Of a stretch of 64,000 nucleotides of DNA, positions 38,554-51,781 are shown one piece after another; the stretch's first letter is position 1; each line of letters begins with the position of its first letter. This DNA is from Lytechinus pictus (Eukaryota). Under the pieces are notes generated by a model. It saw nothing but the letters and a program-made list of their open reading frames with translations, was not told the DNA's origin and made no database searches. The translations under genes were made by a program, and so were the position numbers. Where the stretch lies: assembly GCF_037042905.1 (NCBI RefSeq), contig NC_087250.1, positions 12,402,001 to 12,466,000 of the forward strand, given 5' to 3'.

Positions 38554-40248
38554 GTGAGTCTAATAATATCCATACGTGGTATTTGTGATGATGACAATTA
38601 AGTTTGATTCAGTAAGTAATAAATCTATTATTTTGAAATGTTATGAATAATGCACTGTTTAAATGTATTAAGACATGACTTATTTGACAGATTAAGAACA
38701 GAAGTAGCAATGCACATCTGTTATCAATGATCAATTAAAAAAATGGGCGGGATTAAATCTGCATACAATAGAAACTATACTTGAATATAATTTTTATATC
38801 ATCGTCTTTTAACAAGAAAACAAAACGAAGATGAATAGGAGAAAACTGCTTTTCAGGTGTATAAGTAGAGCAACTATCTACTTACTCGAGAATGTCCGTA
38901 TACTTTTACAAATCATAGTAATGAATCATTACATTGCCATAAAGAAGTAAAAACTGATGAAGACAAGAGGTGAAAAAGTAAAGATGAAAGGGAAGGCATA
39001 TACCTTACTTACACTGTTAGATCTGAGAATGATTGATGTTTATTTTGAACACCGTCATGCAACAAGGGCAATTGGGCCAAACGTAATACGAAAAAAAAAA
39101 TGCCCCCAAAATTGTCTGGTTGTGTCTATGTTTTCCATTGTCTAAGCTCGGATTGTCATATATTTGGATATAAATTATATGGTAAATAAAAGTGATAATT
39201 TTTAACCGTCATTGCTAGAATAATGAGGGCATTCCCCCTTCCGCCTCCAATTCCCCCCCCCCCCCATTATTTATGTCCTTTTATTACTCGGCTTTGAACA
39301 TAATAACCCGAATTTCGACAAATATAAATGAGTGGATGAGAGGATTAATTAACGCATGAAACAGGGCCCATAGATCTGCATTGTCACATCAACTAATAGT
39401 TAAATAAGATTTTATGGCTATGTCATATCTCTGCATAAGTATGAAAGCGAATTTAATTCATAATCGCAATGGCAGCAAGGCCATCTTCTGGTGACGTACA
39501 CTTGATAAATTATTTTTGAAAATTGTATTAGTGTATTATATTTTATATAATAATATACAAGTGTATTATATATATATATATTTAACTGTTAGAAGTGCCA
39601 TTTCTTCCACGATCTGGTAGCATACCAGTCGTCAGGTGTGAGGTGGGTTTTAAACTGGATACCGTCAAAATCCTCTACATCCAGCGATCGAGATTAATTC
39701 CGAATATTCATGGAGCTTAAATATAAATACATAAGAATAAAACATCTGAAAAAGCCAACAAAATAATAATAGATTAATAGTGTACGTTTTTAATTTCACT
39801 CGCTGCTATGGAGTTTCTTTTTTTTTCTCTCTCTCTCCATAATATAATTGTCAGCTTACACAGTTACACATAATTGTTTGATTGAATTCGATACTTGATC
39901 TCAGCATAAGTATAGTGTTACTATGTTATTTAATTGGATTTTTAACAAGTGGGTTGTGACAGGTGTTATACATAATAATGATATAATATGCAAGCGGGTT
40001 TTGCTTTTATTGACATTGAAAATTCAATCCGCTCTGTTTATCATCGTCCTTGCCAATTACACCGAGCAACGTAAAAGTAGAAATACAGTATTTTTTGTAA
40101 CCATTGTATTAAAAGAACGGCTATACCAAATTTAGGAACCTGGGATTCCTAGAAATGTGCAATAAATTAATATGAGCAGTAACCATACAATATTTTTCGC
40201 GCCTGAATGCTAGTACATTAAGGAATTTCCGGTGAAGAAAAAACACAT

Positions 40249-40674
40249 TAATCGCTAGAGGGTATTCATTTGTCTCGCAATCTACTATGGTCAACAAGGA
40301 AATTCGTGATCACTCTCGCAAAAAGTGTTCACTAGCTTACAAGTTCACGAGCTTTCGAGTGCCGCTGCAACTCTTTATCAAGTGACGAAAATTATCTGAT
40401 AACGTAGTCTATTTATACCAATCCCCAGGACCGTACGCACGAACGCGGGACTTGATAAAGAGTTGCAGTGGCACTCGAAAGCTCGTGAACTTGTAATCTA
40501 GTGAACACTTTTTGCGAGAGTGATCACGAATTTCCTAGAAAGCTAGTGAACACTTTTTGCAAGAGTGATCACGAATTTCCTAGAAAGCTAGTGAACACTT
40601 TTTGCGAGAGTGATCACGAATTTCCTTGTTGACCATAGTAGATTGCGAGACAAATGAATACCCTCTAGCGATTA
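40249..40674. mobile_element. Penelope-like element remnant (inverted pLTR pair)
   Basis: Near-perfect inverted arms of about 135 bp, each with a hammerhead-like core; 45-bp triplication in the right arm. Confidence 0.65.
40345..40385 (-). ncRNA. Minimal type I hammerhead ribozyme motif (U3-A8 variant)
   Basis: Minus strand reads UCAC-UUGAUAA-A-GAGU(ugcagcggc)ACUC-GAAA-GC-UC-GUGA: stem I UCAC/GUGA, stem II GAGU/ACUC, palindromic AGCU stem III. Confidence 0.6.
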
Positions 40675-41014
40675 TTTCATTCCGCAATAATGAACCTATT
40701 TAGTTTTAAAAAACACTTTGTTCCACACTGTGTCCAACAGCAAGTGTGTTCACAGTGTGGAACACAATGCGAAACTATATTCACACAGTTAAATTTGACC
40801 ATTTTAATAGTCAATCACGTTTTCTTTATCGTCTGAATGCTACTTCATGCATTTGATATACTCCTGCTGTAAAGTGTTCCACAGTGTGTTTCACAATATG
40901 TTAACAGTGTGGACCACAATGTGAAATCACCATTTTAGAAGTGTGAATTACATTTGCACTGTGAAAACACTGAACACCCATACTGTAAAGATGTCTAGAG
41001 TACGAAATAGTAGT

Positions 41015-41305
41015 AATCACTATCATCATCATCCTCATCGTCATCATCAGCATTCTCGCCATCATCATAATCATCGTCATTATCAGCATCCTCACCATCA
41101 TCATAATCACCATCGTCATCATCATGATGAAGATGATAATGATCATCATCATCAAAATCATCATCACCATCACAATCATCATCATCATCATCACAATCAT
41201 CATCACAACCACCACCACCACCAACACCACCACCACCACCATCATCATCCTCAACATCATCCGGAGCATCACTACTTCGTCATCCTTGTTATCGTCATCA
41301 TTATA
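41015..41305. repeat. (CAT/CAC)n microsatellite
   Basis: Direct inspection. Confidence 0.95.
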
Positions 41306-42177
41306 CTCACAATATGATAACCATTCCCTTACTAGTATACCCTGTACCTATACTGACACTGCTTTTTTTCTTTTGAGACACTCTGTACATGAACACCTGT
41401 TGCCTAACAATTTTTGTACACGGAATACATATACCGTGTTTCTGTTTGCATTTGAGTATACGTTTATGCTACAGTTACACCAATGCAACCGATTCCAAAC
41501 CGACCGATGGTATGTCATTGGTAATAACGTAATAGCTTTAATCGGCCTAGAGTGTGTCAGAAAGGTGTAACCGTAACATAAACGTTTGCCATGCATAATG
41601 TGGCTGTGTGTAGTTTGAGTAATACAACAAATATCACGTCATGCCCAGCTACACTTACGACGGATAATAAAGGATTGTTGTCAGTTTATAGCATCTAAAA
41701 CTTCACACCTCAAACAATACAAAAAACTGAAATATTATATACCTTCTATATTGTATCTTATCAATAGCAGGTCTCGGCAGATTCTAAAGTTACCTTTTAA
41801 AGAAATATTTGACTTTAAATGTTAAAGAATGGGCGAAATGACCAATACTGTTTCAGCTCGTCCTAAGATTATTTCTTTTTAGATAGTTATCAAAAATGGG
41901 CTATGGTTTTTTGAAAGAGAAACTATAATGCTATTGAGAGGAATATATTAGTTCGCTACTAGACGATATTGAGTAGTGAATTATAATGTGTTATCATCGA
42001 AGTGGGCCTATATTACAAGACTACACTGCTAAGAATGTTGCATTATGGGTAAGGCATCTGGCCAGGTTTGAGAGGTTGAGGATTTGGTGCCATTTAAACC
42101 TGCTAGTTCGTATCTGCTTCAAAACTTAGAATATACACACGCGCCTAGCCAATAGTCATTCTAGGCCTATTGTAGAT

Positions 42178-42445
42178 GTATTGTCGCCCAGTGGGTAGGT
42201 CTCCGGACCTTGCACCACAAGGTCCGCGGTTCAAATCCCATCGCTGCACTTGCGTTCTTTGGACAGGCATTTATCTACATTTGCCACTCTCCACCCAGGT
42301 GTAGTAAATAGGTACCTGGTAGGAAATGATTCCTTGAATGCTTGAGCGCCCGGTGAGAATGTCAGTGAAGCCTTGTTAAAACATATACGCAACGCTTAGA
42401 AACATTGTTTTGAGAGATAAACATTAAATTATCATTATTTATCAT
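42178..42445 (+). mobile_element. tRNA-derived SINE
   Basis: GCCCAGTGG A-box, GGTTCAAATCC B-box, CCACCCAGGTG...GGTACCTGGTAGGAA core. Confidence 0.75.
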
Positions 42446-43741
42446 AATAGTCATATATTTTTACATTATTCACATTTAAAAATGAATGCGGGTCTCCATG
42501 GAGATATAAACTAATATCATTTACGTCACCAGTCGTGCGTTAATATACATGTATGCCCTGCTGTTTTCAAGAAATGTCAATACCCTGAGGTTTAACAGTG
42601 TAAACTCTGAGTTAAGTGTATATACCAATTGACATTTAGACGGTTGGAGGGGGGGGGGGTGTCACAAGTCGTTAGAAGGGAGGCACCGTGCTTGTATGCA
42701 TGTACATTGAAAAGATCCTTAAACAAGACGAAACAACCATCTGAGAACACCCAAACGAATTTTATATTTTCCCCTCCATAAATAATATCTCAAATATTTC
42801 ATCTCCATGATAACCAATTTTCGCGTTTCTAGGTCGAAAACCCCCCACTTTTCTCAGATTTTTGCATTTTTGATACAAATTTAAATGTTCATATAAAGTC
42901 AACGGGTAGACAAAAACAACCCCTTTTCATTTTTTTTCGCTTCAAAATGAGAGTATACAATACCGACATAGATTTTCATCAGAGCTGCATCGCTGCGAGA
43001 AGTGAACATTTCCTTTAATCTTACTTAAGTGTGAAACACGGATGTCGGTTAACAATGCAACAGGTCCTCTTTTTTTAATTACCAGTGTGTCGTATTACTG
43101 TTCCTCGTCGTCATACGAAGTGTGTCCGTTCTTAATCACAACATCTCGCAACAGGTGTGCTCCCTGCCAGTGTTTGATTGAATGCAGAGCGGCATGTATC
43201 AGCTTGTGGAACTAGCATATTAATTTGGAGTTGAAACAAGTTGAAATTGCAGCCAATCGCAGAAGGAAAAGAAGGAAAAGAAGGATATTGCCCTGAATTT
43301 GGATTTTTATTTTGGAAATAGACCCATTCATTGGAAATGAATCCCAGAAGTGGATCCAGTGGCTCTAGTAGTTTGTTTAATTTATTTGAGATGAAGTCTG
43401 TTTCATTTGGATAATTGCTACGCCATTCCAGTTTTGCTGGTGACGTAGACCAAGTGTTGAGCTGATGTTGCAGTTGGAACAGTCTGCACAGGATCCGAGC
43501 ATAATCGTTTACTACTCTATTAAAAATAGTGGAAAGAAAGGGGAAACATTTGTTTTGTCTTCAGCATTCCTTAGATTAACCACAATTTCATCTTAAAGCT
43601 CATCTGAATCTATATTTAAAAAGAAAACCCAACAACGCCAACAACGAAACGTGGCAATCCTGAAAATGGGGTCATATGGATAAGTAAATATTTTTGGATG
43701 TAGGCGATTGGTATTCTGGGAAACACGATTACAAAGGAATA

Positions 43742-44175
43742 ATGGACGAATCACGTATCCGACACCTCTTCGAAGTCTGCGATCTCAACGCGAGCGGATA
43801 CATCGAGTACGACGACCTCCGCGATCTCTGCCTCGGCAGCGACCTGGAGATCACCGACGCCGAGCTCGGCAGCGTGTTCGACGAGCTCGACACCGATGGC
43901 GACGGGAAGATAAGCGTTGAGGAGTTCGAGCAGGGCTTCCAAGGGGTGGAGGAGCTGCTCCGACGGAAGGTCAAGGCCAACAGTAGCGGTGGTGGAGGAG
44001 TGTCGACAGGGGGGCAAGATGGAGTTGATGGGGGTAGCGATGGGTCCAAGAGGGGGCAGAAGAAGGGGGAGAACAATAATACCGTGACTGGTAGAGATGG
44101 GAAGGCTAACCAAGCCTACACGGCGTGGCAAAGCCTGGTGACCAGCCTCGGACCGGGCGTTACTCTTCTTCCAAG
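43742..44175 (+). CDS. RASEF: RASEF N-terminal module B (two EF-hands in one exon)
   Basis: Reads MDESRIRHLFEVCDLNASGYIEYDD...LDTDGDGKISVEEFEQGF...AWQSLVTSLG. GC-rich codon usage; AG|gtgcgt donor in phase 2; resembles vertebrate RASEF exon 1. Confidence 0.9.
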
Positions 44176-47100
44176 GTGCGTACTATATACGGCAGAATTC
44201 AATTCCAAAAAAATCAATTCAATTCAATTTATTTTCCACATATTGAGTAAAAAAACATACAATATCAGTACAATCAAATGCATTCATAGATAATAACAAT
44301 ACAAGTATAAAGAGTTACAATATATTACATTAAAAATTGAATTGCATTGAATTGAACTTGCCAGCCCAAGGGGGGGGGGGGGAGCGGTATAACCCTTTAA
44401 ACCCCCGTACATGTAGATCTGCCACTGATCGTACGTTTTATTTTACGTCATTACAATAAGACGACGTCATTACATTTACATGTCAAAATCATAAGAAGAG
44501 TTACAATTTCCATGAATATGAACCCAAGTTATGATTTAAAACAAGGCAAAGTAAGACGTTCCATATTTCAATATCAACATGATAATTCGGGGAACATTTA
44601 TGACGTCTTATTCGAAAATCAGGTCGCAAGGCAATCGTAAGGTTTGCGGTGGTCCTTATAGAAACGAGTTATGAATTTTTGAGTTCATTATCCCTTACTA
44701 CATTTTTAAACGAATGCGCAAAAAAAATTAAATGATGCTTTAACTTTTAAAACATATATTTTTTTATGGAAGAATAAGCAGAATACAACATATAGTGGGT
44801 ATGAAAGTTATAAATAATGTTATTGATTTATCTATTTATTTATTTACTCGTTTATTTATTTATCCATTTATTTATTTCGTTTTATTTATACAGGGTGCCC
44901 CCGTCAGTATTCAGGCTACTGTTTTCCAAGGGGCCCTGTAAACAGATATTTTCAACATAACAAGCAAACAAATAAACATAACAATATGAATGAACAATAC
45001 AAGCAGAATAATCGTAACTTTATATGGTATTTATGTTTATGTATTTAGTTTTCTGAGTTTATCGGGTTTAATTGTATGTTATTCTATTATGATAAGGGCT
45101 ATATATTTGAGTAAAATGTAAAGATATAGGTCGATGTAAATCTAAAAGCTGATGAAAGAGGAGGAGCGAATATGGAAAACCTTGTCAGTAGGGCCAAAAT
45201 TTTCTTGACAAAGAGTACATAATAATAATGATGATAATCCGGGAGCACTTAAACGTAATTTATCATTTCTGACGACCCCTTCTTTTTCCCTCAAAAAGGG
45301 AAAAGGGTAAGAAAAAGTCATCGAAATTTTGTTGGTGTCGGGGAGGATAGGGCACCTTGCCACCTCTGCCCACCATCTCAATCAAGCTTGTGATTATGAC
45401 ATGTATGAGGGGTGAATGGAATCGCTATAAATATACGACTTTGGGATATATCCTACCTACCTCCACGGCTCACTAAATGAAAATTTACGATTTTAAATAT
45501 TAAGACTGTAAAAAGTTAAAGTACAAGTGAGAACTAACCATTATGTAGCTTGAACCAAAAGAAAAATAATAAAATCATGAATAAAATAGCATTAAGGATT
45601 ATTTCTTTGCTTTTACGAGCCGGTTTATTTTATAACTTTGCTACCGATTTCGGCTTAGATTATACCGTCAAGAAATGTATTTATTTATTTATTTTGTTTT
45701 ATTCATTTTATACTGCAGGGTAGGCCTGTTCAGTTCTTAAAACTGCTTTACAAAGGCGCCATGCAGTTTAAAATACATGTCAAGATAACTATGAACAACA
45801 ACAACAAACAACATCAAAAATACAAAATACAAAATATCTAACATCAGAAACTATTAACACCAAAATATAGAGTGGGAAGTGACAATTTAAACATACATAG
45901 CATTGTAAATCAAAGAAGTAAATAATTAAACAAATATACCAACCACAAACATGACAAATTTAGCAATATGCCTGCGTAATACCATTTACAAAGTAATTTA
46001 TGCACATTTACACTCAGCAAGTAGTACGCGGTGTACCATGAAATTAGGGGCGGCGCAAGTATGTTCTGATTAAGGGGGAGGGGGTGAAAGAATAGCTAAA
46101 AGTGACGCAAATGTTTCTCATTGAAACACAAAAGTGTATTATAAATTCATACGGCCCGGTCGCCTGGATATTCTTCCTGAATATAAATATTTGTTATTTT
46201 CTTTTAATTGTTTACTGTTACTCTCATTTTCTTTCGTATTATTATTATATATTACTGTTATTATTATTATCATCATCATCATCGTTATTATCATTTATAG
46301 TTAAGACTTGTTTATACAAGGTAGCCTCATCAGTGACGCACACTGTCCTCCCAGAGGCCCCTGTTACATGTAAGCACACACAGATACATGTAAAAAAATA
46401 ACCCAAAACAAAGGAGAAAAAAAACTCCAAAGGTACAAAAAAGAATAAAGTTTGCCGAGTTGTTTCGTAACTCTAGGGTTAAGGACTTAGGGTTCTACGA
46501 TAGGTTGAAATGAAAGATTTCATTTTTCAAACACCCTTTTAATATGTTTTGATCAAGTAAAAACAAAATGGGCGGCCGTGCCAATGCCTCCCCCCCCCCC
46601 TCCTGTTGCACCACCAATGCGTGGGATATTAAATAATATCCAACCCTGTCACGGCCGTTGACGCCAGATGGAGCTTTCTCATGCATAATACATACATAAA
46701 CGTGATATTCCGAGTATTTACTGTACACACAATACACGATATACCTTTCTGATGAAGTGTGTGCGAATATACATATATATATATTTATATTTAATCCTGT
46801 ATAGCATGCATAAGAATTATCAGTATACACCGAGATATGAAATGTCATTGTATCGTCATACCATGAGTTAAAGAAGGAGTTATTTTAAAACAACTAGCAA
46901 TGCATTCCCAAACATGCAGGCTGTCACAAAATTTAAAATCTTAGCTGTAGCAATGGGTTCATGTGTAAACTTCGGGATTGTTCATTTTTATTCGAATAAA
47001 TAAATGAATAAATAAGAAAATGATAGAATTATACTTTTAGTATCCCCTTCCACATCTTTACGGAGCAGTATATTCAGTGATGGAGATACCCCCGCGGATT

Positions 47101-48374
47101 GATATTATAAACGTATTACGTATTCTATACCAAAGCAATATTTATTCTATATACGTATGTAGATTGTTTTCCCTGTTAGTCGTTATCTTTTTGTGAACTT
47201 AACATGCAATCTACTTTTCAACAGAGTTATCATAATACACTACTCTTTGAAGAAGGTTTTAGAATAGTTAAATCCCACCCCATAACTAATAACTTTCCAT
47301 TAAAAAAGAGAAATAAATATCAAACTAGCATAACACGGACAAATTTATAACATTGGACATAAAACAAAAAAAAGTATTCGCTTTTGTTTAGCCCCAATGT
47401 GCACAATATTCCAAATCTTGGAGGCAATGTAATGCTATATCAACATGAGTGTATTTCTTTTCATAAAACACGAAAGATTTCTTTTTGTAATTCAAAACCT
47501 GTCACTATTCAGTAAACCTCTAAGATCTCAATTACTGTATACATGAAGGTAGCATCTTTATAATCGAATAAAAAAATGCGTTTTATTAAATAGTGGATCT
47601 TCAATGATCATAAACTACGAAATATATCATGAATGAGTGAAAACATGGATTTATCATTTTACCTATTACTCGCGATGTGCATGTCATCATAATTTTGTTC
47701 AAATTAAGCCAAACATAGAAATGTCATAAATTGTTTATCTTACATTACATTTTGATGGAATGATGCATTAGATAATGTTTACCAAATAGATCACGCCGGC
47801 AGCACCAGCTGCAAAATTAGCAGAATGACAAATAGATCGGACTTTGAACATATAGCACGGTTTTCATATTTGGGTTACTCGTCTGACGGTGTCCAAATTT
47901 GCCGTCTATTATCTCATGACGTCACAAATCTAATAGTTCTGATTTCGTTCAATATTTCCCCATTTAGTATTTGAAAGTCCGTTTTCTTTTTAAAGGCTTG
48001 TTGTTCTCATCTGAAAATGGAGTACAATATTTATCCCTATCTTTAATCAACTGAGGGCCATTACTTGTACTTCTACCTTCATTAAATCGTTAAAAACGTA
48101 CTTGTTCTCATGTTGAATTATGTGGGATATGAAACGTGCATTACAATAATAATTTGTTAATTTTCCATTTAATATATATATATTTTTGTTTACAGTTACT
48201 GGTATTACACTTAATTATTTGTATGTAAAGCACGGAGATTCTGTTGAATATTATGCGCTATATAAGCATCTATTGTAATAATTATAATTATTTCAAATTT
48301 TAGTGAGCTAAGTTTATGTGATTTTCATTGATGGTGCATTGAGCACCCTTGATGTGGTGGATATGTTGTTGGGC

Positions 48375-48427
48375 ATTATTAATATTATTATTATCATTAT
48401 TATTATCATTATTATTATTATTGTTAT

Positions 48428-48473
<46 letters not shown>

Positions 48474-48576
48474 GGTGGTATTAGTATTATTAGTATTATT
48501 ACCATTATAAGCATTATCCATATCCGTTTTAATTTACAAGTATTTAGATATAAATTAATTAATGTAGTATTAGTAA

Positions 48577-48635
<59 letters not shown>

Positions 48636-48774
48636 TTTATTACCATTATAAGCATTATCCATATCCGTTTTAATTTACAAGTATTTATATATAAATTAAT
48701 TAATGTAGTATTAGTAGTAGTAGTAGTAGTAGTATAAGTATTAGAAGTAGTAGTAGTAATAGTAGTAGTAGTAA

Positions 48775-48829
<55 letters not shown>

Positions 48830-48895
48830 ATTAGTATTATTACCTTATCATTATCCCTATCTGTTTTAATCTACAAGTATTTAGATATAAATTTA
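48375..48895. repeat. (TAG/TAT)n microsatellite with a repeated unique spacer
   Basis: ACCATTATAAGCATTATCCATATCCGTTTTAATTTACAAG occurs at 48501 and 48642, with a diverged copy near 48842. Confidence 0.9.
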
Positions 48896-49144
48896 TGACT
48901 GTCTAATCTGCATTGATGTTTGAAAAAGATTTACAACTGAATGCCAATTCTTCCATTCCATAAATGGTTGACACGTGCAGGAAATATCCAATCAATATAA
49001 ACAAAAGAAATCTTGGAAATTGTATTGTTCTCGTGATGCAAATGGTATGCGCAAGCATTCCACACGCTTATTTATTCTCAATGTTTGTTTGCCGAAATGA
49101 GTCGAGTTAGTTTTGTTTAAAAATCCTGACATATACGATTTCTA

Positions 49145-50124
49145 CAGTGCGTATCAAAAAAAAGTTTACACTTTGAAAAAGCACTGGGAATTAAAGAATA
49201 TACAACATGTGGGTAATTTTTTCACATATAATATTGGGTTTGGGTCTCATCTATCCAATGAAAGTAAAAGTTTGTATAGAATGTTATACTTGAGTGAGCA
49301 CTGTCCATTTTTGTAAAGCTCGCAGAAATCTGTTTGCGCAGAAATGCTCGTTTTCACGCTGTGTCAATGGGAAAGGGCAAAATCAAACTTACCCTGCGAA
49401 ACATTTCTCATACATTTCCCTTGCACTTTTAGTCAATTTAAATAAAATGGATACATTCAAGCATTTTGTAACAGTTTTGCCACCCAAATTGAAATTTTAA
49501 CACTTAGTAAGCACAATGTTTACACTTTATGTGCCAGCTGGATCTGAGGACATAACTGGATCTGAACAAAAGTTTACATCAGACATCTCCAGCATTTTCA
49601 CTAAGTTTCTATTATTCAAAGTGGGTTCATTTTTCATTTAATACTTGTTTCTCCACACTTTTTCCAATCTTGACAATGATTAACAAAATGAAAATCATGC
49701 CTAAGCCATTCCATGTAAATCACAGCTCGATCAGTGTAAAGCAAATATCGTCAAGATGGCCTCGGTGTGTTGGGGAGTGGGGTGGGGCGCAATGCACTCT
49801 TCGAAGTGATTTGGGCAAGGAAACAAGTTAAAAAAGATAAAAGATATCTTCAAATCAAATTTACTAGCTAAATTCCATGTGTTCTTCATGATTAAGGTCT
49901 ACTCTTATTTCCACAACTATTTCAAAGTTCTGCGCAAATCATTTTTCACTAACTTTTCAAAAGTAAGTGGTGCTCACTCAAGCGGAAATATTTTTCGACA
50001 GTTATATCGTCATTTGCTTAAATGGATCTGTACCAATGTTAAAATGTGGAAAATTCCTCAGTATATTACAAATGTATAATTTTACAGGATTTTATCTAAG
50101 TGTAAACTTTTTTGATGCGCACTG
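49145..50124. mobile_element. Tc1/mariner-type non-autonomous element
   Basis: TA|CAGTGCGTATCAAAAAAAAGTTTACACTT...AAGTGTAAACTTTTTTGATGCGCACTG|TA. Confidence 0.85.
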
Positions 50125-51024
50125 TATAGTAGTAGGTATAAGAACAGTTGCTAAATCTACTACTAAGTATATATTAATGATACCAAATTCCCATGTCTTC
50201 AATTTTCTAACACAATTAAGTTCCACGACAGCTTTACCATTTACAGCTTTTATCATTATTTAAAAAAATTCATTGATTCTTTTAGCGAAGTCTCAAAAAC
50301 ATACGCCTACATTATGCACATAAAGTAAATCATTATCATTTTTGTTTACATGGCAAGAGCAAACGAAACAGTATGAGCAGTGTAACATGCTGGTCAGGGG
50401 TGAAGAAAACATAACAAATAGCTGTTGCTCAAAAGCATATCCCTCATATAGCACTGAGCATCATTATATTTATTTAAAAACAGACATACACAACCGATTC
50501 AATCAGATTTAACATTGATTAATTATTGTCAACTTCGTTTTCATTTTCTAACCGAACTTTCTTCTTATTATTTTCTTAACAAACCGTGCGTCGTATAATC
50601 TTATTTGGGATTTTAACCATATATAATAAATTCGGTAATTTTAGCAATTTTGTCGAATTTTAACTCTTACCTTGGTCACATTTGCTCTACGGTGGCCGTA
50701 CGGCGAGTCGAAAACAGCCGTTTTATTAATTTTAATTAAAACCACCTATATGAAGTTGGGCAAAAAAAAATGTGACCAAGGTATTACTGCTGTACCATTT
50801 TTCTACAGGCTTTAACTTGTTTAAGATGATAAGACTGTACACGTACCCGAGTTTGTATATATAATTACCTTACTTTGCATGTCAACATAATCCAGCATTA
50901 GTGTTTGTATAAGAAAGGTCAAAATGGTTGAAATACACATTTGATGAGATGCGCCACGGGTATATTTGATTAATATCATGTGAAACATATGGATGAAAAC
51001 GGCCATGAGAGGCCTAAGAGAGCA

Positions 51025-51170
51025 GGGGCCCATTGCAGAAAGAGTTGCAATCAATCGCAACTCTAAAAATCATGCGCAACTTGATTTTCAACCAATCAAC
51101 AGCGTGCATTTGGGACTTGCGATTGATTTTTTGGTTTGCGTTTAAACGCAACTCTTTCTGCAACGGGCAG
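51025..51170. mobile_element. MITE
   Basis: GCCCATTGCAGAAAGAGTTGC / GCAACTCTTTCTGCAACGGGC inverted ends. Confidence 0.7.
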
Positions 51171-51781
51171 GGAGAGATCGAGAGTGGAGAGACAGAGAGA
51201 TAGATGGAGATACTGTAGAGACAGAAAAAAAATGGACAGGTTTTCGTTGAGCCTAATGTGGGTGTAAAAGAGTGCGGTGAGGTTTATGGCATCCATTTTG
51301 TAGTTCATTTAGAATGCTAAAGTGAATTATGCATGATGAACTAAAACACGCGCACAAAAAAAAAACACATGATAAAAAAAGGAATTTACATGCCCTTTAT
51401 GAAATTATTTGAAGATCATGAACAATTATTTTGTATTTGAAAACAAAAGGTTTTGCATGAATTGAAAGTGGAAATAAGTGATTGTAATAATATACGACAT
51501 TTAGAAATTTCAGTATTTCCTCCGATATTGGGCCTTATAGTGTTACGTAACCACGTTAAAGACTGATATATATCCATATATATATATACATGTATATATG
51601 AATAGAAATAAATATATATAATTTCACAAATTCCATTTTATGTAACTCTACCAGATCTCGATCCATAATGATATATTGACAATCTTGGTTTTACCGGCTT
51701 TTTAAGGCTTTCTGGTCTAAATATCAGTGTTTTACTGCAACTTCTTTCATTTATCATATTTTTTTGTTTTCTTATTTTCAG

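Noticed and set aside
40498..40625. CRISPR-like direct repeats
   Set aside because: The linkers are identical 7-mers rather than unique spacers; the context is a eukaryotic intron and there are no cas genes.
40901..41570. His-rich or Met/Ile-rich ORFs
   Set aside because: These are translations of a (CAT)n microsatellite.
43708..44131. Alternate-frame and antisense ORFs over the EF-hand exon
   Set aside because: Shadow ORFs of a GC-rich coding exon.
38366..44175. Single protein with four EF-hands (module A spliced to module B)
   Set aside because: Module A ends in phase 2, but the available AGs upstream of module B are phase 1, which would cause a frameshift.
48300..48737. Poly-Ser/Val/Thr ORFs (also 52334-52687 and 24231-24835)
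   Set aside because: Microsatellite translations.
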